Shown: positions 1 through 10,158 of the stretch, piece after piece
Layout: the number at the start of each line of letters is the position of its first letter
How positions within the stretch are numbered: position 1 is the stretch's first letter
NCBI GenBank assembly: GCA_021158345.1
Contig: JAGGUV010000118.1
Span: forward strand, 1-63,976
Source: Bacteroidales bacterium
Lineage (GTDB): Bacteria; Bacteroidota; Bacteroidia; Bacteroidales; AUK083
Reading direction: 5' to 3'
Length of the DNA: 63,976 nucleotides
Program-made: the position numbers and the translations under genes
The notes under the pieces: model-generated
Seen by the model: the letters and a program-made list of their open reading frames with translations, nothing else
Told to the model about the DNA's origin: nothing
Database searches by the model: none

Positions 1-2
1 CT

Positions 3-3000
3 GAACTTATTTCTCCCCAGGATGGAGCAGTTATACAAGATGAATATCCTGTTTTTACATGGATGCCTCCTATGCCAATACCTCCTGGACAAGAAATAAC
101 TTATGTTGTAAAAATCGTTGAAATACTTAATGGACAAACAAAAGAAGAAGCAATGCAATCAAATCCTGCATGGTTTGAAAACAAAGACATACAAACTACT
201 TCTTTTCAATATCCCGTTTCAGCAAGAAAATTTAAAGCAGGTAAAAAATATGCCTGGCAACTTATTTGTTTTATGGATCCTAATTTGTCAAATGGGTTAA
301 AAAGTGAAGTGTGGAGTTTTGAATACTTAAGTTCAACCTTTGGAATAATTAAGATTTTAGAACCTGAAGGAGATTGTTATAATGTTTGTTGTTCAGGTGA
401 TACAACAGATCAAAAAATAACCTTTGAAATTATACATATTGATAGAGTGGATTTATCAAAATCCGGTTTTTCACTACGAAGGACAGCATCAGGACACTGT
501 TGTGGCAGTTGGAACTTTGGTGCTCCAATACATACAATAATATCAAACGGTTGGGGGACATACGATAGAGATATTATCCCTAATCATGATAGATTTACTT
601 TCTTTCCTTATAATGTTCATGAATCATGTTTGTGTGATGGAGATAATGTTTGGTATCAACTTCGTATAAGAAATGAATCAGAAGAAGATATTGGAAATTC
701 CCCCTATGAAGGTTCATTTATCGTAGATTTGACAGGTCCAATAGTTACAGATTATTCACCTGAAACAGATTTCAGTTCTGGACCATTCAATTTCGAAATA
801 AATATTGATGACAACCCACATCCAATTTGTCATGGTAATTTTAGTGGTTTTGACGGTTATGGTTTACTCAAAGTTTATAATCAAAACGTATCTCCGCATC
901 AACTTCTTGCCACTTATATGTCATATTGGTATTGGTATAATCTCTATGGAGATGTGCTTCCACGTGTAGAATACAATTCATTAAATTGGGATGATTCTGA
1001 AAATAAATTTACAGCTAACTGGCCTCCAACATATTGGTCTCGCGACATAACATTACCAGATGATACAATAGGTTTATGCCAATTACAAATATGTTTGGAA
1101 GCATGGGATAATTGTGGAAACCTAATTGATAGAACTTCCTCAGATGATGGGAAAAGTTGTGTTTCAGCAGGAGCACCTTTCTGCTGGGAAATTAGTCGTG
1201 GTGATTATGGAGATGCACCGGATGAATTTGATAACCTCAAATATCATTATTGTTCTCATAATTTAACATCAAGATATGATCATTTGCCACCTGGATATAT
1301 TCCTGAAACGCCATGGTCAAGTTATGATGCAGCTAAACATTGCGATTTTTCAAAAGAATGGCTCGGTAATATTAATGATTCATGTCAATGTTCAGGCCCT
1401 TCTGCCACAGCAGAAACAGATGCCAAGACAATAAATTTAGATGAATTTGACAATGGTGTAGCATTTACAGATATTAATTTTAATACTTGCGATACACAAA
1501 CAGTAAGAGTTTTAATTAATACTTCAGGAATTGTATCAAGGTATAATGATGGTTGTTTACATTTACATGCATGGTTCGATTGGAATCGTGATGGTGATTG
1601 GGATGATACTTATGAATGTGACGGTACACCTGCTGATGATCATATTTATTGGCTTACTGCCAAACCACTATGTATGCCAACCGGAACTCCACCAATAAAT
1701 ATAAATCGTTATGATTTCAAAATTTGTGAACCTTATTGGATAAATGAAGGACGTAATTGTGAAATATACGAGTTAACATTTTTGGCAGGTGATACCACTA
1801 AAGCTGAAGGTACTAATGAACATGTTTCAGATTCTCTCTGGTGTCGTTTCAGATTATCTTATGATGGTGATGGTGGAACTGAAGCCAATGAATATCATGG
1901 AGGAGTAAAATTTGGCGAAGTTGAGGATTATCCGTTAGTTATTACCTCTCCACCCGACACCACTTGCCAATGTGAATGTGATCCTCCATTTATTTCAGGT
2001 CCTAATTTGGTTGTTAATGGTAATTTCAGTTTAGGGAATACCGGATTTACATCTGGTTTTACTTATGTAGCTGTACCCCCATCTCCACCTCCACCAGTTA
2101 ATGAGGGAAAATATTGTATTACCACTAATGCAGCTCTTGCTTCTCCATCACACTGGGTTGGATTTGATCATACTTTGCCCCCGACCGGAAATTTTCTTGC
2201 ATGTAATGGTTATGCTATTCCAAGTTTAGCAACTAGTAATTGGGCTTGGAGAAATAGTATGATTGTTGTTACACCAAGTACTAATTATAAATTTTGTTTC
2301 TGGGTACGAAATTTAAATAAAACAGATTATACACCAGGAAGTTCAAGTTTTTCAAATCCCTTAATTCAACCAAGCATTAATGGAGTACCAATTACAAGTT
2401 TCAGAGCTGATTACGCACCTGTAACTCCCCATTATAATGTCCCGCAGGACAATACATGGCACTTTATCGAAGCTGACTGGTTTTCGGGAGCTGTAACTGG
2501 GCCAATAAATATAGAAATATGGACAATGGCAACTGCATATTCTGGCAATGATTTTGGCATTGATGATATCTGCTTTTTCAAATGCGATACCATTCCACCC
2601 CCTCCACCCGACACCACTTGCCAATGTGAATGTGATCCTCCATTTATTTCAGGTCATAATTTGGTTACAAATGGTGATTTTTCAACTGGCACCATTGCAC
2701 CAAACACCTCAGTATATGCTCCTTGGCCAGGTGCATGGCCAACTATGACTGAAGGAAAATATTTTGTAGGTAATAATGCTACTTTACTTAACGCTTGGAC
2801 AGGGACAGGCATGGGTACACCTCCTGATAATTTCCTGATGTGTAATGGAAGCACAATAGCAGGTACACCTGCTTGGAAAAGTTTACCTATCACAGTAAAT
2901 ATAGGAAGTACTTATAAATTTTGTGTATATGCTAATAATTTAATTCCACCAACAAGAAATATAAGCGATCCAAGTATTCAATTAAGAATTAATGGTGTAG

Positions 3001-3536
3001 CTGTTAGCCCAATTATTCTACTGCCTGAAATTCCGAATGTTTGGGTGCCAATAACAGGAACTTGGATTGCTGGAGTTACTACAGCTAATTTAGAAATATT
3101 GTCAACATCTACTGAGAAGGTAGGAAATGATTTTGGTATTGATTGTATCTCTTTCATAGAATGTACTCCTCCAGACACAAACCAGTGCGATTGTGAGATA
3201 ATAAAAGTTCATATAAATGGAACATCGGTAGAAGACGGTGATAGAATAGATATTTCCGGAGCAAGCGTCTTTCTGCCTGTAAGTCGTCATTTTGATGTAA
3301 CAGCAAATTGTGGTGACTGCCCGCTTACATCTTACTTGTGGACAATTACAAAACCTGATGGTTCTATTGATACTGATTCAAGCCCTATATTTACATATAG
3401 CTTTACTCACAATGGTTTATATACCTTTGAAATTACCATAACTTGTTCAGATGGGTCAACATGTAACAGGACATTTTCTGTAAATATCGCAGCAGGGGGA
3501 AATACGATAGCTCCTTACAGACCTCCACAAAGATAG
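3..3536 (+). CDS. Large secreted multidomain surface protein, 5'-truncated by the window edge: GEVED domain, two tandem CBM4/9-like modules, C-terminal PKD-like domain
   Basis: The frame is open from nt 3 (ELISPQDGAVIQDEYPVFTW...), so the true start lies upstream. GDYGDAPDE ... WFDWNRDGDW ... FGEVEDYP matches the GEVED-domain signature. Two ~215-aa modules each begin PPDTTCQCECDPPFISG.NLV.NG.FS and end GNDFGIDDICF / GNDFGIDCISF. The C-terminus is PKD-like (WTITKPDGS...GLYTFEITITCSDGS). No T9SS C-terminal domain is visible. Confidence 0.75.
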   Translation, partial: ELISPQDGAVIQDEYPVFTWMPPMPIPPGQEITYVVKIVEILNGQTKEEAMQSNPAWFENKDIQTTSFQYPVSARKFKAGKKYAWQLICFMDPNLSNGLKSEVWSFEYLSSTFGIIKILEPEGDCYNVCCSGDTTDQKITFEIIHIDRVDLSKSGFSLRRTASGHCCGSWNFGAPIHTIISNGWGTYDRDIIPNHDRFTFFPYNVHESCLCDGDNVWYQLRIRNESEEDIGNSPYEGSFIVDLTGPIVTDYSPETDFSSGPFNFEINIDDNPHPICHGNFSGFDGYGLLKVYNQNVSPHQLLATYMSYWYWYNLYGDVLPRVEYNSLNWDDSENKFTANWPPTYWSRDITLPDDTIGLCQLQICLEAWDNCGNLIDRTSSDDGKSCVSAGAPFCWEISRGDYGDAPDEFDNLKYHYCSHNLTSRYDHLPPGYIPETPWSSYDAAKHCDFSKEWLGNINDSCQCSGPSATAETDAKTINLDEFDNGVAFTDINFNTCDTQTVRVLINTSGIVSRYNDGCLHLHAWFDWNRDGDWDDTYECDGTPADDHIYWLTAKPLCMPTGTPPININRYDFKICEPYWINEGRNCEIYELTFLAGDTTKAEGTNEHVSDSLWCRFRLSYDGDGGTEANEYHGGVKFGEVEDYPLVITSPPDTTCQCECDPPFISGPNLVVNGNFSLGNTGFTSGFTYVAVPPSPPPPVNEGKYCITTNAALASPSHWVGFDHTLPPTGNFLACNGYAIPSLATSNWAWRNSMIVVTPSTNYKFCFWVRNLNKTDYTPGSSSFSNPLIQPSINGVPITSFRADYAPVTPHYNVPQDNTWHFIEADWFSGAVTGPINIEIWTMATAYSGNDFGIDDICFFKCDTIPPPPPDTTCQCECDPPFISGHNLVTNGDFSTGTIAPNTSVYAPWPGAWPTMTEGKYFVGNNATLLNAWTGTGMGTPPDNFLMCNGSTIAGTPAWKSLPITVNIGSTYKFCVYANNLIPPTRNISDPSIQLRINGVAVSPIILLPEIPNVWVPITGTWIAGVTTANLEILSTSTEKVGNDFGIDCISFIECTPPDTNQCDCEIIKVHINGTSVEDGDRIDISGASVFLPVSRHFDVTANCGDCPLTSYLWTITKPDGSIDTDSSPIFTYSFTHNGLYTFEITITCSDGSTCNRTFSVNIAAGGNTIAPYRPPQR
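1948..2001 (+). repeat. Copy 1 of a perfect 54-nt intragenic direct repeat (linker PPDTTCQCECDPPFISG)
   Basis: ctccacccgacaccacttgccaatgtgaatgtgatcctccatttatttcaggtc is identical at 1948-2001 and 2602-2655. Confidence 0.95.
2602..2655 (+). repeat. Copy 2 of the perfect 54-nt intragenic direct repeat
   Basis: Same 54-mer as 1948-2001. The flanking domain sequence is much more diverged. Confidence 0.95.
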
Positions 3537-3551
3537 AATTTTATAAAAATA

Positions 3552-3589
3552 AACAAGGGCAAGTGATAATCTTGTCCTTGTTTATTTTG
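3552..3589 (+). terminator. Rho-independent terminator after the surface-protein gene
   Basis: Stem aacaagggcaag / cttgtccttgtt (12 bp with one G-U), 7-nt loop, then a T-rich tail. Confidence 0.8.
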
Positions 3590-3624
3590 TTTACTAATTT
3601 TATTAATTTTAAACATCAATAATT

Positions 3625-5400
3625 ATGAACAAGCTCATCATAAAATATATTGTATTCTCAATATCTATTATTTGTTTGTTAATTCCTTTGTCAATTTTAG
3701 CACAGGATAGTTATTCTCCAATTAAATTTTCAGGAAGTAACAGGATTTACGGTCAGTATTCAAGCAGACAGGGGTCTTTTTCACAAGTGCCTGCAAGTTT
3801 TTTGCGTGAAGAGTTAAATTTACGTCTTGAGATTTATGGTATTCCTTTAAGTTCAAGTTTTTTTCTGTCAACTGAGCAAAGAGGAATAAGGCAAAACATA
3901 AATACTTTCAACTTTTCTATAAATCCAAAACAATTACTTATGAACAAGGCAAAGCAGGAATTATACAAAACTAAACCGGGAAAGTTTTTCCGTAAACTTA
4001 TGTCAACTTTTTCAACCATTGAAATTGGAACTTGCCGCCCTACATACTCTCCATTGATTTTAAACGGCATTCCTGTAAAAGGAGTTAATATAGAATTTAC
4101 GCCGGGAATTTTTTATTCGGCTTTTGTTTCGGGGAAAACTAAAAAAAGAATTCAAAATGTAGAAGCTTCACAACAAACTTACGAGCAATATTTGCAATTT
4201 GGTAAAATAGGTTTAGGGAAAAAAGATAAATCTCATTTTTTTGTTTCATTTCTTCATGTTAAAGATGATGAAAATTCTATGACTCCTGATTCATCATTTT
4301 ATATTAGTAGAGCTGACACTATCATCCTGCCGGGCGATACAATAATTCATAATCAGGATACTAGTGCATATACAATTAAACCACAAGAAAATTTCGTAGC
4401 AGGTACAGAAGCAAAACTTTTTTTGTTTAAGAAAAAATTTTATCTCGGCGGAGAACTTGCTGTGTCAATGCTTACACGCGATATGACTGCTTCTGATATA
4501 GAAATTAATGATGAAAATGTACCTAAATGGGCAAAAGATTATTTCAATCCAAAAGTCAGCAGCTCTATTGACTATGCTTATTCTGTTAACACAGCCATTA
4601 ATCTCAAAACCACAAAATTGTCGGGCTCTTATAAGATGGTAGGCCCGGGATTTAATTCTTTTGGAACACCATATTTAAGAAACGATTTTAAAACTTATGA
4701 GGCAAAAATCAGTCAAAGTCTTTTGAAAAGAAAAATATCTGTTTCATCTTATTTCAGAAAAAGCAAAGATAATTTAATCGATTGGAAAAATTCAACAACA
4801 ACTTATACAGCTTATGGAATTAGCGCTTCTTTTAGATTTAGAAAATTTCCATATTTTGTAATTAATTATTCTCCTTATTTGCAAAGTAACAAAAGTGATA
4901 CAAGTGAAAAAGAAAACAAAACACAAATTTTTAATTTCTCAAGTGGTTATAATTATAAAATCAAAGATTTAAGAGCTTCTACAAATTTCAATTATTCATT
5001 ACAAAACAGCGAAATACAATTTGATACAACATCAAATAATTATAAAACCTCTACTTATTCCGTATATGAAAATTTAAGTTTTAAAAAACCTTTAAGCCTT
5101 TCTTTTGTGGTAAGTTTGAGTAACAGAGAATATCCTGAAAATACAACACAAATATATACTTATGGTTTAAGCGGCACTTATAGTACATCAAAGAAATGGA
5201 GAAATACTTTTGGTATTACATTGTCAAATCAAAAATCAAAAAATATTAAGACAAGGATATATCTGAATTCTTCATTTCAGGCATGGAAATTCGGACAAAT
5301 GAGCTTACGTGCAGAACAAAATTTTTATCGTGATAAAGAACAAACAGATAAAAACTATGATGGATTAATTTTAAGAGTAATTTTTACTAAAAAATTCTGA
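3625..5400 (+). CDS. Predicted outer-membrane beta-barrel protein, family not recognised
   Basis: Signal peptide (LLIPLSILAQD), alternating-residue Y/S/N/T-rich repeats typical of beta-strands, and a C-terminal aromatic residue (...IFTKKF). Confidence 0.6.
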   Translation: MNKLIIKYIVFSISIICLLIPLSILAQDSYSPIKFSGSNRIYGQYSSRQGSFSQVPASFLREELNLRLEIYGIPLSSSFFLSTEQRGIRQNINTFNFSINPKQLLMNKAKQELYKTKPGKFFRKLMSTFSTIEIGTCRPTYSPLILNGIPVKGVNIEFTPGIFYSAFVSGKTKKRIQNVEASQQTYEQYLQFGKIGLGKKDKSHFFVSFLHVKDDENSMTPDSSFYISRADTIILPGDTIIHNQDTSAYTIKPQENFVAGTEAKLFLFKKKFYLGGELAVSMLTRDMTASDIEINDENVPKWAKDYFNPKVSSSIDYAYSVNTAINLKTTKLSGSYKMVGPGFNSFGTPYLRNDFKTYEAKISQSLLKRKISVSSYFRKSKDNLIDWKNSTTTYTAYGISASFRFRKFPYFVINYSPYLQSNKSDTSEKENKTQIFNFSSGYNYKIKDLRASTNFNYSLQNSEIQFDTTSNNYKTSTYSVYENLSFKKPLSLSFVVSLSNREYPENTTQIYTYGLSGTYSTSKKWRNTFGITLSNQKSKNIKTRIYLNSSFQAWKFGQMSLRAEQNFYRDKEQTDKNYDGLILRVIFTKKF

Positions 5401-5720
5401 AATAATTAGTAGTAGCTTAATCACTATTTGATAAAGATTATTTGACGCAATAAATCACTACAGTTTTTAACCTGTTCGTTAAGATTCATAGTTTACAAAA
5501 GTTATAGATTAGACTTTACACTAAATTAGTTTCTAACCTTATTGATGTTTCTTTATTTCTTAATTCATTTTTTTTGTTTTTCTGTAAGAGACTTAACATT
5601 TAAGTTTATAAACCTCAAATTTAGTTAAGATGCACTTTACTCACTTTTTTGGATAGTATCTATCGGTTTGGATATTACCACTAAAACAAAAGACAGTTAC
5701 ATTTTGCTAATGCTAAAAAA

Positions 5721-5757
5721 AATTCCGTCAACATATAAATTATGTGTTAACGGAATT
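5721..5757. terminator. Bidirectional hairpin terminator between convergent genes
   Basis: aattccgt(c)aaca...tgttaacggaatt hairpin, flanked by an A-tract (5715-5720) and a T-tract (5756-5760). Confidence 0.7.
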
Positions 5758-5780
5758 TTTATATAAAATTTTATTAAAGT

Positions 5781-5793
5781 GGACTTCTATTAA
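5781..5793 (-). repeat. Intergenic motif copy 1 (TTAATAGAAGTCC read on the minus strand)
   Basis: Plus strand reads ggacttctattaa. It contains the 12-mer TAATAGAAGTCC also found at 21137, 38404 and 57739. Confidence 0.9.
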
Positions 5794-5795
5794 AA

Positions 5796-7022
5796 CTATT
5801 TAAAAAATTTATTTTGAAATAAATTAACAGCTAAAAATCCATAAATTCCCGTTATTAAAATTATAGAAAAGTCAATCAAATGATTTTTAAAAATAACTTT
5901 TCTACGTTTTAAAATTAAAAAATGTCCAAACACTAATAATAAATTAAGGATAATCCAATTAAACCCTTTAGTTTTAGCATAATAAAAGTTAATATAATCG
6001 CTATATTTATTGAACATGGAAATTTGTGCAGGGAAAATATAACTAAAGACTTTACCTTCTTTTCTCTCTGCGCGAGAAAGCCATGTTTTATTATATTCAG
6101 CAACTTTTTTATATTCTTTATCAAGTGCTACCACTTGTGTATAATTTTCCCCAAGGCGGATTACATTATAATTAAAAAGATCACCAAAAATTCTCAATTC
6201 CTCTTTTTTAGGTTGAAAATCTTTAATAGGAAATTTTATTAAATCATACTCATCCTGTGTAAGAATATAAATTTCATTTTTTTGAGAAAACAAATAACAA
6301 TAGTATTTTTTATCTCTAAAATCAACACAAGCAATATATTTAAATTTTAAACCTTTGGGCACTTTAACTTTTTGAATATATGGATGACCCTTAACCATTT
6401 TGATATGAAATAATTGATCTTTAGAATCAGTAACAATATAACCTTCATCGCAAGATTTTCTTGTTGTTGGAATACCGGCAATTAATTTTGCAGGGAATGC
6501 AAATCCACGTTTTTGTAAAACAGCTGTGAACATTCTGCTTTTATTTTTAATAACGGAATTTGTTTTTGCATCAACAAACTCCATACGCTTGGTAATTCTA
6601 AAAAAATCCTGGGGCATCTCAATTTTTACTCTTCCTGATTCAGATTCAAATAACGGAAAAAGGTGAGCTTGAGGAGTATTCATATCCTTTGGCTTAAATC
6701 TAAAAAATGATTTATTAAGACCAATTTCATGAGGATCCATTATACAGCCATTAATAGAATCGGGAAATAATCCGTAAATCATTAACTGTCTCATATTAAG
6801 CAACGGAAGCTTTTCTTCCCATTCCTTACGAGTCAATTTATTTCCTTTGTTGTCATATCTATTACGCCCTTGTTGAATAATAAAATCTTTATCAATACAA
6901 CTGTATAAAACGAATGGTGAGCGATTTGGCTTTTCAAATAATTTCCAATAAAAATCCGGTAAAAAAATTGAAAATGTCAATATTGCGACTAATACTAATA
7001 TATATCTACTTATTTTTTCCAT
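5796..7022 (-). CDS. Membrane-anchored accessory protein of the ABC module (N-terminal TM, large extracytoplasmic domain, two C-terminal TMs); possibly the DUF4857 family
   Basis: Hydrophobic N-terminus (YILVLVAILTFSIFL) and C-terminus (WIILNLLLVFGHFLIL...IILITGIYGFLAVNLF). There is a 2-nt gap to the upstream permease gene. The DUF assignment is from memory and is not verified. Confidence 0.55.
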   Translation of the reverse strand: MEKISRYILVLVAILTFSIFLPDFYWKLFEKPNRSPFVLYSCIDKDFIIQQGRNRYDNKGNKLTRKEWEEKLPLLNMRQLMIYGLFPDSINGCIMDPHEIGLNKSFFRFKPKDMNTPQAHLFPLFESESGRVKIEMPQDFFRITKRMEFVDAKTNSVIKNKSRMFTAVLQKRGFAFPAKLIAGIPTTRKSCDEGYIVTDSKDQLFHIKMVKGHPYIQKVKVPKGLKFKYIACVDFRDKKYYCYLFSQKNEIYILTQDEYDLIKFPIKDFQPKKEELRIFGDLFNYNVIRLGENYTQVVALDKEYKKVAEYNKTWLSRAERKEGKVFSYIFPAQISMFNKYSDYINFYYAKTKGFNWIILNLLLVFGHFLILKRRKVIFKNHLIDFSIILITGIYGFLAVNLFQNKFFK

Positions 7023-7024
7023 AA

Positions 7025-7693
7025 TTACATTTCTCCTTTTCTAAATCTGTATGCTGAGAATAAAAGCGATACACTAATTAATAAAGTAATAATAGCTAAC
7101 GTTAAATTTACCGGCTTGTATGCACCGGTTATACCTCTCTCATAATAAAGAGGTATGAACATTGAAGTTACAACTAAATAAAATATTTTATACATCCATA
7201 TGGGTTCCATAACTATTAATCCTACAAGTGAATAAGCGGCAATACCACCTAATAACCAAGGAATAATCGTAATAATGGCTTCATTTACAATTTCATAAGC
7301 AAAAAAACAATTACTTAAACTTATAAAAATTGAAAATACAATTGAAAAACAAATTAATAAACTAAGATTGCCAAAACCCAACATCATAAGAAGCATTTTA
7401 TTCTCATTGACAGGAAGATGAAAACTTAATTTAACGCGTTTACTAACAATTTCAGGAACATATTGTGCTGCAGCAATTCCAATACCAACTAATAATGGCA
7501 GATATTTTATTAATCCAAAAAACTGATATTTTTTAAAAAGTATTAAATACCACAAATTATTGGCATCCTGAAATGTAATGTCATGCTTGACATTGATAAA
7601 AATATAACTTACAAAAACTCCTAATAATAATGTAGCTCCAATCAGATACCATCTGACTTTTAGCCATTCTTTAAATATAATTGATTTCCACAT
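7025..7693 (-). CDS. ABC-2-type transporter permease-like membrane protein (about 6 TM)
   Basis: 222 aa, almost entirely hydrophobic segments, starting 4 nt after the ATPase gene ends. Confidence 0.6.
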   Translation of the reverse strand: MWKSIIFKEWLKVRWYLIGATLLLGVFVSYIFINVKHDITFQDANNLWYLILFKKYQFFGLIKYLPLLVGIGIAAAQYVPEIVSKRVKLSFHLPVNENKMLLMMLGFGNLSLLICFSIVFSIFISLSNCFFAYEIVNEAIITIIPWLLGGIAAYSLVGLIVMEPIWMYKIFYLVVTSMFIPLYYERGITGAYKPVNLTLAIITLLISVSLLFSAYRFRKGEM

Positions 7694-7697
7694 AATT

Positions 7698-8588
7698 TTA
7701 ATATTTACCTGTTAAACCTATGAACGCATCCTCAAGATTCATTTCTACTTGTTTAAAATTTTTCACCGAAATATTTTCTTTCTTTAAAAATTCCTTAACA
7801 AAATCTTCTGATTCAAAAGTATGTAGTTCTACTTTATTTTTAATTTTATCAACACTTGCCACAAACTTTTCTTTAGAAAGGTCTATGTTATTATTATCTA
7901 ACTCAAATGTAAACTGTTTAAAAGAATCCATAAATTGATTAACAGGGCATTGAGCTAAAACTCTGTTATAATCCATTATTAACAAATCATCTATGAGTCT
8001 TTCCATATCGGAAATTATATGTGAAGTAACAAAAATTGTTTTATTATTAGCCTTAGCATATTCTCTTAGATAATCAATAAATAATCTTCTGTAACCGGGA
8101 TCTAAGCCCATAGAAAAATCATCTAGTATTAAAAGATCGGGATCTTGAGCTAATATTAAACCTAAAGCAACCTGAGATCTTTGTCCGCAAGACATTGAAG
8201 AAATTTTCTGTGTTGGGGTTACTTTCAATTTTGACATCAAATCCCAATAAGGTTCACTATTCCAGTTCGGATAAAATTTTGAATAAAATTTTTCAATTTG
8301 ATAAATATCCATAAAAGCATACTGAACATGTCCTTCTATTAAAAATCCTATTCTTCCTTTTGTTTCAGGAGTTAAGTGCTGAGAATTTTCACCAAAAATC
8401 AAGCATTCACCACTTCGAGGTTGAAGAAACCCATTCAAAATATTAATGGTTGTCGTTTTCCCCGCACCATTTTTCCCTAATAATCCCAGTATACTACCTT
8501 CCCTCACATTAAAGTTGAGATTTTCATATACAAGTTTCTTCCCATAGTAATGGGTAAGATTTTTACACTCAATAACATTGTTGTCCAT
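7698..8588 (-). CDS. ABC transporter ATP-binding protein (ABC-2 / DrrA-GldA-like, with a C-terminal extension)
   Basis: Walker A GKNGAGKTT, signature MSCGQRSQV, Walker B LLILDDFSMGLD, H-loop SHI. Confidence 0.9.
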   Translation of the reverse strand: MDNNVIECKNLTHYYGKKLVYENLNFNVREGSILGLLGKNGAGKTTTINILNGFLQPRSGECLIFGENSQHLTPETKGRIGFLIEGHVQYAFMDIYQIEKFYSKFYPNWNSEPYWDLMSKLKVTPTQKISSMSCGQRSQVALGLILAQDPDLLILDDFSMGLDPGYRRLFIDYLREYAKANNKTIFVTSHIISDMERLIDDLLIMDYNRVLAQCPVNQFMDSFKQFTFELDNNNIDLSKEKFVASVDKIKNKVELHTFESEDFVKEFLKKENISVKNFKQVEMNLEDAFIGLTGKY

Positions 8589-8601
8589 AAAAAAATTTAA
8601 T

Positions 8602-10158
8602 TTAAAAGTTTACACCAAAAGTAAAGTTGACCATAATTCTGGAAAATCCTTTGCTAGCACGAATCATATCAACATTAGTATTAATAAAAATACTATCAAA
8701 ATATTTATTTAAAGATCTTTCATAAGAAAACTTTAATCCCGGAGCAAAATATGAATCAGTCAGATATTCAAAATCAGGAATTAATAATTTATCCACGATA
8801 AAATTCGTTTTTTCAAAGTTTTGTTTTCCTGACAGATTTGTTTTGTATTTGCATCCTGCTGAAATAGAAAAAATATTTTTTTTCAAATAAAATGATTTGT
8901 CTAAATAAAAAGACAATAATAAATTTTCATAGTTTTGAATTTGACTTGGGAGATAATATTTTTCTTCAAAATTATAATAATTTACAGCAAATTTAAGACC
9001 ATAATTCTTATGATAGTTATTTTTCAATTTAATAAAATCATACATCAATCTCGCATTTATGTGAGTAGAACCATATTTTTCTTCCCTTGCATACGTAATC
9101 CAATGCTCAAGATTTGTTTCTCCAACCTGTTCAAGTCTTTGAATAATCTCAGTTCCCAGATATGTATGGATATTGGCATTTGCAGTAATTGCATGAATTG
9201 TTAGTTTATTTTTGATAGTCGTATGATTGTATATATCAAGTAGAATACCATCTAATTCAGAATCTGATTTACATACGGACCAGGAAGCATTACTAGCTTT
9301 TCTACCATCTTTAACTGCTTCATTTGAAAATAATATTTTAGCACCAAATAAACTATTAAAATTACCTGATTTATAATTTATTTGACTATCGAAACCATAA
9401 CCATTCCTATCATAAAGACGTGCAAAACTGCTTGCTCTATGAAATGTAAACATTCCAGGACCATGAATTTGAAAAAGTGTTATGTATTCATTTTCCTTAA
9501 TTATTTTAACACTAATGTCTTCGTTATAATATTCATAAATAAAATTTAAACCAAAATGGAATTTGTCTATAGAGTATAGTAGACCCGGAGTTATAGAAAA
9601 GTTAAGCACCTTATTTTGTGGACGAGGATCACGATCTTGCGAAGATAAACCAACATTGTATGCAACTGCCCCACCTAAAACTAATTTTCGGTTTAACGGA
9701 ACAGAAAGTCCACCTTTTACTGTAAAAAATTCACGATCACATTTATCACCTCCAATAGTATCAATCATAGTGTATGGGGTATCTCTAAACGGATTATTAA
9801 CACAAGAGTAATCTAAATTTTTCTCAAAACTTTTATCATATCTAAAACTACCGTAAAGACTTACTTTTTTCAATTTTGAATACGATTCTGTAAAAAATTG
9901 ATAATGAATTAAATTATCTCCCTGTTGAACTCTTTTATAATCTCCATCTTCAAAAAAAAGTCCTAAATTAATTGTAGCAGGCATAATTCCATCAATTTTA
10001 CTCAACCCTGCAGGGTTTGATGAGCTAATCCACGGATTATTTATGTGTAATAATTGAAAAGAGCTTAAAGAAACTCTTTTCAATGAGTCGGGCTTTGCTG
10101 CCATACAAGCTATCATTTGAACTGATAACAATAATGTAAAAAATATCTTTTTATTCAT
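8602..10158 (-). CDS. Outer-membrane beta-barrel protein (possibly the DUF6850 family)
   Basis: I chose the start at ATG 10158 (MNKKIFFTLLLSVQMIACMA signal peptide). It overlaps the upstream stop in ATGAATAA. The C-terminus is ...FTFGVNF. The longer tracked ORF (to 10311) would run 160 nt into the upstream gene. Confidence 0.65.
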   Translation of the reverse strand: MNKKIFFTLLLSVQMIACMAAKPDSLKRVSLSSFQLLHINNPWISSSNPAGLSKIDGIMPATINLGLFFEDGDYKRVQQGDNLIHYQFFTESYSKLKKVSLYGSFRYDKSFEKNLDYSCVNNPFRDTPYTMIDTIGGDKCDREFFTVKGGLSVPLNRKLVLGGAVAYNVGLSSQDRDPRPQNKVLNFSITPGLLYSIDKFHFGLNFIYEYYNEDISVKIIKENEYITLFQIHGPGMFTFHRASSFARLYDRNGYGFDSQINYKSGNFNSLFGAKILFSNEAVKDGRKASNASWSVCKSDSELDGILLDIYNHTTIKNKLTIHAITANANIHTYLGTEIIQRLEQVGETNLEHWITYAREEKYGSTHINARLMYDFIKLKNNYHKNYGLKFAVNYYNFEEKYYLPSQIQNYENLLLSFYLDKSFYLKKNIFSISAGCKYKTNLSGKQNFEKTNFIVDKLLIPDFEYLTDSYFAPGLKFSYERSLNKYFDSIFINTNVDMIRASKGFSRIMVNFTFGVNF

